From an uncultured virus (IMG/VR IMGVR_UViG_3300027996_000020) (lineage: Duplodnaviria; Heunggongvirae; Uroviricota; Caudoviricetes): a stretch of DNA of 64,000 bases. Positions 38,674 through 47,535 of this stretch are shown here, one piece after another. The stretch lies in the IMG/VR virus record IMGVR_UViG_3300027996_000020; one strand, 5' to 3'. Below the pieces are notes generated by a model. It saw nothing but the letters and a program-made list of their open reading frames with translations, made no database searches and was not told the DNA's origin. Position numbers and translations under genes: made by a program. The stretch's first letter is position 1; each line of letters begins with the position of its first letter.

Positions 38674-39051
38674 TCAAGTTTCTTCAAGTTCGGAGGTTCG
38701 TGACGATCTTTCTCTTGCAGTTTCTAATTCATCAACAACATCATCCCAATCAAAATCTCCAGATTCCATTTTGTTCGGGCCAGTCTTTCCCTTCCATGGT
38801 AATCCCAATTTTGTAGCTAGAGCTTTTTCTTTTTCTTGTTTCAATATGTCATCGGAAATAGGAGGAAGGTCCTCAATTGAGCCACCTGGGAATGGTGCAC
38901 CATCAACCTCAAACTCTTCTTCATCTCCCCCCTTAGACCTAATTCCAGGATCTCCAGGATGAATCTCATCAATTCTTTCTTCTCTTTCACTCATAAAATA
39001 ACGAGCATCGAATCTTTTCTTATTTTTTATTGGTTTTCCCCATCGTGACAT
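38674..39051 (-). CDS. acidic hypothetical protein
   Basis: abuts the upstream gene; basic N-terminus ending RYFMSE. Confidence 0.65.
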   Translation of the reverse strand: MSRWGKPIKNKKRFDARYFMSEREERIDEIHPGDPGIRSKGGDEEEFEVDGAPFPGGSIEDLPPISDDILKQEKEKALATKLGLPWKGKTGPNKMESGDFDWDDVVDELETARERSSRTSELEET

Positions 39052-39423
39052 TTAACTATTCTCCTCTTGTGCGGGTGGTGCTTGTGCTGGTTGCACTCCG
39101 CCCGTTTGTTGTCCTGGCATTTGAACCGCTTGTCTACTTCTACCTTTCAAATCTTGTGCAATTTCTCCAACAATTGTTTTTAAGCTCTCAAGAGATTGAA
39201 GCAGAGCGCCTTGCATTGATCCATCGCTGAGCCTATTGATTGGATCAATCATCTCGTCGCACATAGCACTGAGATCTATTATCAACTGATCATCACCACC
39301 ACCATTAATTTGGTTCATTTGATCTTGCATTGTCGCTAATTGAACGGCATCATTTTTAATCTCTTCCACTCTTTGAATTTCTTCAGCGATAATTTGTTTT
39401 AATCTTTTTCTGGATAATTTCAT
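39052..39423 (-). CDS. leader-family protein (MKLSRKRLKQIIAEEI)
   Basis: shared leader. Confidence 0.7.
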   Translation of the reverse strand: MKLSRKRLKQIIAEEIQRVEEIKNDAVQLATMQDQMNQINGGGDDQLIIDLSAMCDEMIDPINRLSDGSMQGALLQSLESLKTIVGEIAQDLKGRSRQAVQMPGQQTGGVQPAQAPPAQEENS

Positions 39424-39759
39424 TTAATAATCTTCTCCGGATTCATGAACTACATTCAATATTTCTTCTCTTATAATTTTTTTCAACTGTGATCTTGTAA
39501 ATTTAAACATTTTTCCCTCCGGGATATTACTTGATGGAATATTACCCCCATTTATATAGGTTGTTCCCCTCCGAGCCTCTTCTTCTTCTTCTTCTTCTTC
39601 GGGAGGTTCTCTATACTGAGGAACATACAGGGGTATTTGTTTTCTCCCTCCCTTTTCTTTCTCTCTTTGTTTACGAATCCATGGAGGGTCGCTCTCTTTT
39701 AAAACACTAAAGAGTTCTTCTTGAACGATCTGTAATAATTGCTCTCTTGTTAATTTCAT
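39424..39759 (-). CDS. leader-family protein with two motif copies (MKLTREQLLQIVQEEL; FKFTRSQLKKIIREEI)
   Basis: shared leader at both ends; ACTATTTA upstream. Confidence 0.7.
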   Translation of the reverse strand: MKLTREQLLQIVQEELFSVLKESDPPWIRKQREKEKGGRKQIPLYVPQYREPPEEEEEEEEARRGTTYINGGNIPSSNIPEGKMFKFTRSQLKKIIREEILNVVHESGEDY

Positions 39760-39841
39760 AAAAAAATCAAATTTCTCCAACACTAATAAATAGTTTCAGG
39801 AGTTTTATAAACCAGTAATAATTTTATAGATACAAATTTAT

Positions 39842-40309
39842 TTAATAATACGGAGAAACGGTCATAATATCATGGTTCTTATAGTCGTCAACAGCAATAA
39901 ATTTAATTTCGTAAGGATTTCCGCACCACAAACTGGTTTCAGATCCTTCAATCCACCAGGAAGTCCAAAATTTCTCTCTATCGCGGACGAGTGGAAAGGA
40001 GTCAACAAACTGAAGCCCATCATAAACTTCGGCCCAAACTTCAGAAACATCTTCAAATTCATAATGAGGGTAGTGAACCCAAGCATCAAAATACCAAATA
40101 TAATCTTGGTACGAATAGTTGTAATGACAAGAGACTTTGGCTGTCTCGATTGTTGGCCCTCGTTCGGGATTGTTATGCTTATGGCTATAATATCCCGTAT
40201 CATAGTCATAGCACCCAGAAAGGGTTGATAAACATAACATAGCCAGCACAAAGAATAGGGCCGGCCAGAATGCAATTATATAAGAGAGTTTAAATTTGTT
40301 TGCTTTCAT
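39842..40309 (-). CDS. putative lipoprotein
   Basis: hydrophobic N-terminus and LSGC lipobox; promoter at 40326-40354. Confidence 0.6.
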   Translation of the reverse strand: MKANKFKLSYIIAFWPALFFVLAMLCLSTLSGCYDYDTGYYSHKHNNPERGPTIETAKVSCHYNYSYQDYIWYFDAWVHYPHYEFEDVSEVWAEVYDGLQFVDSFPLVRDREKFWTSWWIEGSETSLWCGNPYEIKFIAVDDYKNHDIMTVSPYY

Positions 40310-40374
40310 TTTTTCCTCTATTATAAATATAACATATTTTCGTAGAGATGTCAAGCATTATTATTATTTTATTC

Positions 40375-40887
40375 CTAGTTTTGTGCGCCTGTCCACTTAT
40401 TACCGGCTGGCTTATTTTGGAGACTGAGTAATACAAAATCTTTGTAATCTAAACTTAAAATGCCCTCAAGAAGGTCCCAATCTCCCCCCATAAGAGATTG
40501 AGTAAAAATTCGCAGGGTGCTCAATAAACCATATATCGACCAATAATCTTCGAACATTTCTTTTATTTTAATTTCCCATTCTGAGTCCATATTATCTCCG
40601 TCATCCCATAAAGACATAAAAAGACCATGAAAATCTTTATGAAGATATAATAGCCTATCAAATAATTTATTACTTTTAACGTGAGGATCTCCCAGCAACT
40701 CTAAAACATCCTGTGTCCACATTTCCTTCTCATTATTTTTGGAAATAGGAAGGCTTCCTGGTTTAATCAACTTGTCAAGCTCATCCTTAATATTCTGCAC
40801 TTCACGCAAAATATGAGTCATTTGATCTATTTTTTCTTTAATGGGGTTTTTATTTTTAAACTCGCGGTCTTGGAGTCCCTGTAACAA
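40375..40887 (-). CDS. hypothetical protein
   Basis: ORF. Confidence 0.55.
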   Translation of the reverse strand: MLQGLQDREFKNKNPIKEKIDQMTHILREVQNIKDELDKLIKPGSLPISKNNEKEMWTQDVLELLGDPHVKSNKLFDRLLYLHKDFHGLFMSLWDDGDNMDSEWEIKIKEMFEDYWSIYGLLSTLRIFTQSLMGGDWDLLEGILSLDYKDFVLLSLQNKPAGNKWTGAQN

Positions 40888-40901
40888 TTTATGATGGATT
40901 A

Positions 40902-41048
40902 TTATATTCTTTTTCTTAAAATTCTAATAATGATTTTTTTCTTCGGAGGTTCTTCTATCATATTGGAAAGTGGCTCAGCAGGAATTCCACATGCCTCTTC
41001 AAGTTCTTCTTTAATAAAATCTCTAAGGTGTCTTTTCGTTAATTTCAT
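40902..41048 (-). CDS. leader-family microprotein (48 aa, MKLTKRHLRDFIKEEL; not in ORF track)
   Basis: shared leader; ATGA overlap with the upstream stop. Confidence 0.7.
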   Translation of the reverse strand: MKLTKRHLRDFIKEELEEACGIPAEPLSNMIEEPPKKKIIIRILRKRI

Positions 41049-41344
41049 TGTGATTTTTCTTCAACAGCCCCTTCGTCTGAAGAAAACAAATCATCGACAG
41101 CTTCTTGGACCATGGTTCTTAACCAACTCTTTGTTAGGGTAGTTCCCTCACTTATTTCATCTTCATCCTCGTCCTCAGAAATTTGTCCCATTGTTGCCTC
41201 ATGGGATACAACATAAGAAGTAGGCGCCGCCGAAATATATGTTTGAGCAGAGCCAAGCTCTTCTTCAACAGGGGCCTGTTGAGCAATAGAAATTTTTATT
41301 TCTTGCATAATGATTTTTCTTAATTTATTTTTTGATATTTTCAT
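41045..41344 (-). CDS. leader-family protein (MKISKNKLRKIIMQEI; second copy LTKSWLRTMVQEAV)
   Basis: shared leader. Confidence 0.7.
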   Translation of the reverse strand: MKISKNKLRKIIMQEIKISIAQQAPVEEELGSAQTYISAAPTSYVVSHEATMGQISEDEDEDEISEGTTLTKSWLRTMVQEAVDDLFSSDEGAVEEKSQ

Positions 41345-41349
41345 TTGTT

Positions 41350-41646
41350 TTATCTTTCTGATTTTCCGACTTGAGCAAGAAGCACCTTAAGAGCGGCGCC
41401 AATGTCTTGTTTTGAAATATTTCCAGCAACTTTTTGAAGAACTTGACCCCAAATAAATTGTACAAGATCTTGTCTATTTTTTAATCCGGAGAGCAAATCA
41501 TCAAGTCCAGCGACCTTATCTAACTTCTTAGAAACACGTCGAACATTAGTGCGCTCCTTGGGCGGAGTTTGTTCTTGTTCTTGTTCTTTGAGAAGGTTAA
41601 GTTCCTCTCTTATAATTCTTTTTAACTGCTTCTTTGTTAAATTCAT
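41350..41646 (-). CDS. leader-family protein (MNLTKKQLKRIIREEL)
   Basis: shared leader; ACTACTTA upstream. Confidence 0.7.
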   Translation of the reverse strand: MNLTKKQLKRIIREELNLLKEQEQEQTPPKERTNVRRVSKKLDKVAGLDDLLSGLKNRQDLVQFIWGQVLQKVAGNISKQDIGAALKVLLAQVGKSER

Positions 41647-41740
41647 TTGTTTCCCCATCTATAAGTAGTTATTTTCTTATCGAGCGCCGCGTCTGAAATA
41701 TATATTTTTTGATAATCCTTGCTCGCCAAATTTTTTATTC

Positions 41741-42049
41741 CTATATTCCCAATTCATCTGCGATACGATCCACTATCCACTCATAAGGATCGCCAGTTGT
41801 CTCTTTCAATTGAGTCGGATCTTCTTTGGCGGGCTTTCCGAATCTTGGAGATTTGGCGCGGTCCTCTTGATCTTCTTTTGCCGCTGCTCGCAATCGCGCG
41901 ATTTTATCTTTTCCAAGTCGATAAACTTCTTTTTCTCTTTCTTTAGCATTGGTGGGATCCCAAGCACTTCTACCAGAAGAACCTATTTCATAGACTTTTT
42001 TGATTTCTTCTTCGATAATTTTTCGCAATTGTCTTTTTGTAATCTTCAT
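41741..42049 (-). CDS. leader-family protein (MKITKRQLRKIIEEEI)
   Basis: shared leader; ACTATTTA and AGGA upstream. Confidence 0.7.
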   Translation of the reverse strand: MKITKRQLRKIIEEEIKKVYEIGSSGRSAWDPTNAKEREKEVYRLGKDKIARLRAAAKEDQEDRAKSPRFGKPAKEDPTQLKETTGDPYEWIVDRIADELGI

Positions 42050-42127
42050 TGTTTGGATCCTTTTATTTCTCTTATAAATAGTACAAATCGCCCTTAAATA
42101 GACGGTTTTCTTTTTAAGGTTTTTAAA

Positions 42128-42159
42128 CAAAAAGAAAACCGTTGCATTTGCAACGGTTT
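42128..42159 (-). terminator. intrinsic terminator
   Basis: AAACCGTTGCA-AA-TGCAACGGTTT followed by TCTTTTTG. Confidence 0.75.
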
Positions 42160-42201
42160 ATCCTATTGATATTATTGGCGGCCCAAGCGGGATCTATGTT
42201 T

Positions 42202-42321
42202 TCAAATAGCCATATCCAATAAAAGCGCTGCGAACAGCACCAAAGCGGTCGTTCCTAAGCAGAACGTGAGTGACATCCAAAAAAACCCCATTAATCGATA
42301 CGCTAGCTGGTTTAAACCCAT
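42202..42321 (-). CDS. 39-aa hydrophobic membrane peptide (not in ORF track)
   Basis: MGLNQLAYRLMGFFWMSLTFCLGTTALVLFAALLLDMAI; GGAG SD, own promoter (42345-42373) and downstream terminator. Confidence 0.6.
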   Translation of the reverse strand: MGLNQLAYRLMGFFWMSLTFCLGTTALVLFAALLLDMAI

Positions 42322-42438
42322 ACCTTTCTCCTTTGTTATATCTTATTATAGCATAATTTTGCGAATCTGTCAAGTTTTTTTTGGGGAAATTTTGACTCCC
42401 GGCGGTTTTTTTGATGATGGGTCGCATATCTGCATTTT

Positions 42439-42993
42439 TTATTCTGGGAAATTTAAGTATGCAAATTCGTCATTAAGCTCAATTGCTTTTTTATCATATG
42501 CTCTTGCTGCTTCTTCTAGTGTTTTATAATTTCCTATATAAATCCTTTTCTCTTTGTATCCAATTCGGGCTGTCCACGGGGTTATTTTCCTTCTTCCGTC
42601 ATATATTACGCCCTTGAACCCGTGTGTATTATTCTTATTTATGCCCCGATTTGCGCAATTTTGTTGATTTGTACTTGTACGAAGATTCGATCTTCGGTTA
42701 TCAAGGGTATTTTCTGGGACTTTATGATCGGTATACATCCCTTTTGGGGTTTTATTAATAAGTTGGTGCATGCAGATCGACGTTTGCTTTGGAGACTTAT
42801 ATATTTTCTCGCGCTGGGGTGAATGGATCCGGATGCCCCCATCCGGATGATCGATATTTGTTCTTGCATAAAGCCTTCCATTGACCCCCATATGAAGGTA
42901 CCACCTATGTTGGCTTACCAAATCGTAGTCTTCATCATCAAACCAAACGTCATGGGTACCGTGTGTGGGGCTTACAATTGTGATTGTCTTCAT
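42439..42993 (-). CDS. HNH-AP2 homing endonuclease
   Basis: MHQLI...TDH...LDNRRSNLR..T.QQN; GFKGV...WTARI...YIGNY...EEAARAYD.KA. Confidence 0.92.
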   Translation of the reverse strand: MKTITIVSPTHGTHDVWFDDEDYDLVSQHRWYLHMGVNGRLYARTNIDHPDGGIRIHSPQREKIYKSPKQTSICMHQLINKTPKGMYTDHKVPENTLDNRRSNLRTSTNQQNCANRGINKNNTHGFKGVIYDGRRKITPWTARIGYKEKRIYIGNYKTLEEAARAYDKKAIELNDEFAYLNFPE

Positions 42994-43073
42994 CTCATCT
43001 CCTTGTATAACTATTATACCATGAAAACCGAAATCTGTCAAGTTTTATTCTGGGAATTTTTCTGAACCATTTA

Positions 43074-44624
43074 TTACTCCTTTATTATTTTATCACCTTT
43101 TTTAAGATTTTCAATCGCGCTTAGTGGCCTTAAATTATCTAATTTCCAACATTCTGTGAACATTGGGTCTTCTAAACTTACATACTTGTAGTGCGATTGT
43201 GGAATAATATGATCCATCTGCCACCTGAACTCACCACTTTGATCTAATTGGCCCCAATTTTCCCAACTCATTCTTTCATCAAACTGATTTTCTATGTGTT
43301 CTACTAAATCCTCTGCTGTATAGCCTAAGTTGTTTTCGATGAATTCCCAAGCTTTTGGGATACGCAACTGAATTGCACCCCGGGTCCACCTGCTAATATT
43401 TGTTTTTATGCCGCCAACAACCAAGGCTCTCATTTTTGCCACTGGATTTTCGACATTTCTCCTTCTTACAAGCTCTGGATCATAAGTTTGCTTGTTTTTT
43501 TCTGCTCTACATTGCTTGCAAGTATTTTGTCTCCCGCGACGAACGGTCAAATCCCTGTAAAAATCATCATAAGCCTTATCCATATTGCAAACTTTGCATT
43601 TAATTTTGGTAATTACACCACAACGCCCTAGTCTTTCATACTCCTCATTTACTTCAACTGCTTTGATTCCTCTTTTGGTATTTGCACCGTAAAGCTCTTC
43701 CGTTTCTGCTAATTCATTCTTCTTTATGTCATCTGGCAAACAATTGATGCTTTTTCTACAACTCTCTGAGCAATAAACCGGTGGTCCGGACTTATAATCA
43801 ATTCCATTTCCACAAACTCGGCATATGTTGTTTTCTTTATAAAGGCGCGCCTTTTCTTCTCTCTTTCCCTTTTGTCGCGCGATTTTTTCTTTTCTTGCGG
43901 TTTCTCTTAGCTGTCGGCGCTTCTTGATCACATCTTTTTTTATTCTTTTTTTCTCTGCATGCAATTGCTGTGCCGATTCTCTCCTTGCCAATTCGTTATT
44001 TATTATTTCTTCTGCTCTCACAACGGAGTATAAACCTCTTTTAGAACATTTATCGCTTTGTTGCCACTTCGATACGCCAATAATCGGAATCCAAGATTCG
44101 CTGCCCATGCCGCGATATTTAAGATGCAACGCAAGGCCCTCTCTGGTTAAATATCCATCAGGAACGGGGGGATATTCTCCTTTACCTATTTTTGGTTTGT
44201 AATCTATGATCCTGTCTTTGTCTTCAGGTGAAAAGAATCGAAAAGATTTTGTCACCCCTCCGGTTCGGATGGAAATCTTTTCGTCATTCACCCTCAAAAG
44301 AAGCACCCTTTTATATAATTGACCCCTTGACAGTCCGCCAATATTTTGTATCTTCTCAAATCCAAACCAATTTTCATTAAGCCACTCAAATCTCAAGATT
44401 TTTTCTTGGTTTTTTTCTTGGTCGTCTTGTTTTTGAAGCTTTGTTTTATTTTTCCAAGTTGGATCCCCATATCTTGGGTGTTTTTTTTTGTCTTTTTCGT
44501 GATGGAATTTATTAGCGCACTTCTTGGAGCAGTATTTATGCGGTTTCCCCGCTCTCTGGCTGGTACCGACATTACCGCCGCAGACAATGCACCCATTCGA
44601 AAAGCGGCCTGATTCTTCTTTCAT
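43074..44624 (-). CDS. large Zn-ribbon protein with C-terminal HNH-like endonuclease
   Basis: CxxC/YCSxxC pairs; MSWENWG..WQMDHIIP...NLRPLSAIENLKKG. Confidence 0.7.
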   Translation of the reverse strand: MKEESGRFSNGCIVCGGNVGTSQRAGKPHKYCSKKCANKFHHEKDKKKHPRYGDPTWKNKTKLQKQDDQEKNQEKILRFEWLNENWFGFEKIQNIGGLSRGQLYKRVLLLRVNDEKISIRTGGVTKSFRFFSPEDKDRIIDYKPKIGKGEYPPVPDGYLTREGLALHLKYRGMGSESWIPIIGVSKWQQSDKCSKRGLYSVVRAEEIINNELARRESAQQLHAEKKRIKKDVIKKRRQLRETARKEKIARQKGKREEKARLYKENNICRVCGNGIDYKSGPPVYCSESCRKSINCLPDDIKKNELAETEELYGANTKRGIKAVEVNEEYERLGRCGVITKIKCKVCNMDKAYDDFYRDLTVRRGRQNTCKQCRAEKNKQTYDPELVRRRNVENPVAKMRALVVGGIKTNISRWTRGAIQLRIPKAWEFIENNLGYTAEDLVEHIENQFDERMSWENWGQLDQSGEFRWQMDHIIPQSHYKYVSLEDPMFTECWKLDNLRPLSAIENLKKGDKIIKE

Positions 44625-44641
44625 GTTTTCTCCTTATATAT

Positions 44642-44670
44642 ATTATAACATAGTAACTAGTACTTGTCAA
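44642..44670 (-). promoter_or_regulatory. sigma70-type promoter (others at 40326-40354, 42345-42373, 43013-43041, 58211-58239, 60905-60933)
   Basis: TTGACA-N17-TATAAT/TATATT. Confidence 0.75.
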
Positions 44671-45000
44671 GAACATTCATAAGAAAAAAATCAGATTTTC
44701 AATTTGACAGAAATTTGTATATCCCCTGCACGGCTGTACCCGGCCGGCGCGCCCCATAACCCAGTTAGGAAGGTACTTTCCGGCCGGTGAGGGGGGAGGG
44801 GGGGGCCCCCCGTATGCCCCTTCAAACCTGACAAATCAGTTGGGATCGTCGATATGTCAGGTTGTAACTTATTAATTTGTGTCAATACCTTTATGTCAAT
44901 TAGTTGTCAATTCGTTATAGGGGAGGAGCTAACTCCTTAATGGTGTGTCAAGCATTAAGTTGTCAAGAGAATGTAAACAATATGTCAATTCTCCATTGCC

Positions 45001-45100
45001 AAGCTTGAAACTGACCTTTCGTTTGTCAAGCAAATAATTGTCAACGTTATGTCAATTCGTTATAATAATACTTGACAAACGAAAGGTCAGTTTCAAGCTT
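45001..45100. repeat. perfect 30-bp inverted repeat with 40-bp spacer
   Basis: AAGCTTGAAACTGACCTTTCGTTTGTCAAG (45001-45030) and its exact reverse complement (45071-45100). Confidence 0.95.
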
Positions 45101-45221
45101 CGCTTATTGCGATCGCTATACAATATAAGCTGGTAACTTATTAATAAGTTTATACGCCTGCTTTTATCTGTCAAGCACAAAGTTGTCAAGCTTGTGTCAA
45201 TTCACCATTTATATTCTTGAC

Positions 45222-45249
45222 AAAAAAAAAGCTAGCGCAAAGCTAGCTT
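45222..45249 (-). terminator. intrinsic terminator at the end of the early region
   Basis: GCTAGC-TTTGC-GCTAGC followed by T9. Confidence 0.65.
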
Positions 45250-45495
45250 ATCGATGGTATAGGTTTATTTTAAGTGTGTCTGCGAATGTCGGCGTTTAAC
45301 CCCCACTATATAGGGGGATCACATTCATATGGGCGTCACGGGGCATTGTAGGGGTTGTAAGGGGATTATATTGTTAACACTTGGGCGGTTGATTTACTAG
45401 TTAGAATGGGCTAAATACAAAGCGTGATTACCTCCTTTCCCCCTTCCCTATTAGGGATCAATGATAAGCAGGTTTAAAACTACCATTCCTAAGGG

Positions 45496-45831
45496 TCATT
45501 GGTCCTCCCACGATAACCCACTTTCAACCATTTCTTTCCCTTCTGGACGATAAGCAAGTTCCCAACTGTATACTTCATGGTTGAAATACTCTAAGGCGAT
45601 ATTGAAGTTTGAACCTTGTCTATGGCCATACTTAGAACCTTCGTGGTTCCTATACATGATATGTAAGGTTAGAACTGTATTATCACTATTTTTATTATTA
45701 TTGGCCTCCGACCTTTCTTTTGCTAGAACGAGGAATTTACCAATTACAACGCCGGGTTCCACGGCAGCCTCGGAAGAGGTGGTACAAACTAGCATATCAC
45801 CGACTTGAATATCTTCGACTTTCAAACTCAT
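45496..45831 (-). CDS. small SH3/KOW-like hypothetical protein
   Basis: IQVGDMLV...KFLVL. Confidence 0.6.
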   Translation of the reverse strand: MSLKVEDIQVGDMLVCTTSSEAAVEPGVVIGKFLVLAKERSEANNNKNSDNTVLTLHIMYRNHEGSKYGHRQGSNFNIALEYFNHEVYSWELAYRPEGKEMVESGLSWEDQ

Positions 45832-46107
45832 TTATCCCTCCTCTGAACGATAGTCAAGGGAGAACCAGTATTCATCCAAGGTCGTTCTTTGAACCATCTC
45901 CTTGTGGGTGATAGTAAAGGTTTCCCCTGCACTATCAGCATCAATGGCATTATAGAAATTATCAAACCATAGGCATATACAGTCATAGACGATATCACTG
46001 GAATAAAGCTTCTTTTGGAGGACAATGAACTTTCCTACCTCTTTGGTGTTTCTATAGGTACAAAGTACAATATCACCTGCCTCTGGATATAGGAGGTTTG
46101 AACTCAT
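45832..46107 (-). CDS. small SH3/KOW-like hypothetical protein
   Basis: EAGDIVL...KFIVL. Confidence 0.6.
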   Translation of the reverse strand: MSSNLLYPEAGDIVLCTYRNTKEVGKFIVLQKKLYSSDIVYDCICLWFDNFYNAIDADSAGETFTITHKEMVQRTTLDEYWFSLDYRSEEG

Positions 46108-46364
46108 TTATTTATATATCCTCCGAGTCTTTCTGATTCAGTGCAAACGGCGTTTATAGACGCCTCGCTGAATTGTTTCGTTACAAACAAATCGCGATTG
46201 TCGATTTGACTTTTAGGAGTCTTGAAACAAAATACTTTATAAATACGACCGCGCGGGCCTCTGATTGGTAGAACGTCAATTATAAAGAATAACCATTTAG
46301 TTTCATCTGTCGCGGGATAGGGACCACAGGAGTAGCTAACGATTTGTCCTATTTCAAACTCCAC
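46104..46364 (-). CDS. small SH3/KOW-like hypothetical protein
   Basis: FEIGQIV. Confidence 0.6.
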   Translation of the reverse strand: MEFEIGQIVSYSCGPYPATDETKWLFFIIDVLPIRGPRGRIYKVFCFKTPKSQIDNRDLFVTKQFSEASINAVCTESERLGGYINK

Positions 46365-46369
46365 TTTCT

Positions 46370-46534
46370 TTAAGCCTCCAAGCTTTCATTAAGCTTCGTC
46401 ATAAGAGAGTTTAAACGCTCTATTTCGTCCTCGATGTAATCACCATCTCCAAACATAGCACAGTTTGTCAAGTCCTCTAAGCGATTGTTAATACAATCGA
46501 TCATATCGATTATTTCATCATGCGTTAAATACAT
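46370..46534 (-). CDS. small hypothetical protein (54 aa, not in ORF track)
   Basis: MYLTHDEIIDMIDC...; AGGAG SD. Confidence 0.55.
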   Translation of the reverse strand: MYLTHDEIIDMIDCINNRLEDLTNCAMFGDGDYIEDEIERLNSLMTKLNESLEA

Positions 46535-46564
46535 TTATTTATCTCCTTAGAGCCTCTGATATTT

Positions 46565-46822
46565 TTAATTGCAACAGGGCGGGTGTGTCCAGTTATTATA
46601 TTGCCATTCGCTGATCTCATTGTTTTTACATAGATCATCAGTCCAATTGCTGAAAGCCTCGGAGCGAGCGGGAATATCACGCTCTCCGTCTTGCTCGTAT
46701 TCCTCTATAATATAAGGCAATACCTCTGCTTCAAAGCGCACAATGGCTTCATCTCTTGTTATGACGGTTGAAAGCGACGAATCGCCTGATTGGTTGGTAC
46801 TATTTTTTTTAATTGAATTCAT
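46565..46822 (-). CDS. hypothetical protein
   Basis: EAFSNWTDDLCKNNEISEWQYNNW, phage-like small protein. Confidence 0.65.
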   Translation of the reverse strand: MNSIKKNSTNQSGDSSLSTVITRDEAIVRFEAEVLPYIIEEYEQDGERDIPARSEAFSNWTDDLCKNNEISEWQYNNWTHPPCCN

Positions 46823-46835
46823 TTGGAGCCTCGGA

Positions 46836-47090
46836 TTATCGGGTTTCTAAGCCAGTTATCTCTTGGATTGTTTCGGGAGTAGCTTCGATGATTGTGAAGT
46901 TTGCAGGGTGCATATTGCGCACGGCGTCAACGCGGTGCTTGTTAGTAGTATTTGAATACTTCTTCGAATTAACCATGGTTAAACCTTCATTATGGAGGAC
47001 GACGACCTGAGGAACACCATAGCTTAAAAGCGCCCTGAAAACTGGCGTTTCGATGAGTGTTTGATTTGATGCTGGAGTGGTGATTTTCAT
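46836..47090 (-). CDS. hypothetical protein
   Basis: SYGVPQ...KYSNTTNKH. Confidence 0.65.
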   Translation of the reverse strand: MKITTPASNQTLIETPVFRALLSYGVPQVVVLHNEGLTMVNSKKYSNTTNKHRVDAVRNMHPANFTIIEATPETIQEITGLETR

Positions 47091-47093
47091 AGT

Positions 47094-47384
47094 TTATACA
47101 TTCTCTTCGGTTGGGCATGACATAACGGTATTGAGCAGGAATTGACAATCGGCGATTTTACACTTAAGGGCCTCAGTTAACTTTTCTTTTTCTTTTTTTG
47201 AACCCTCGGAATCCAATGAATCCCTTAGCTTGCGCGCGATTTCGTCGCCTTCGAGGCGCACGGTATCGATCTGTTTAAGAGTCTCGGTCAAAGCAGTGCT
47301 TAGAAGTAGGTTTCTGGCGAATAAGGAAGCGCCATTTTGGGCGTCCTCAAGCGGAGTAAAGGATCTATTGTTTTCTCGGGGCAT
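47094..47384 (-). CDS. hypothetical protein (start uncertain)
   Basis: 3' part of the 47094..47870 ORF. Confidence 0.45.
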   Translation of the reverse strand: MPRENNRSFTPLEDAQNGASLFARNLLLSTALTETLKQIDTVRLEGDEIARKLRDSLDSEGSKKEKEKLTEALKCKIADCQFLLNTVMSCPTEENV

Positions 47385-47535
47385 AATATTCTCTGGCTGA
47401 AAGTGAAGGTTGAAAGGGATAAGTTGGTCGGTCGAGAGGGGGGCCAAGTCCGTGAATTTCGCCGTTAGGCGCGGCCCTAAATTGTCATCCATCGATGGTA
47501 AATCCTCCATAAAGGGGTTTGAAAGGTTATTTTTT

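Noticed and set aside
44691..44885. 64-aa Pro/Gly-rich ORF
   Set aside because: By-product of the GC-rich tract; no SD and atypical composition.
45001..45100. MITE or IS terminal inverted repeats
   Set aside because: No target-site duplication, no second copy and no transposase in the window.
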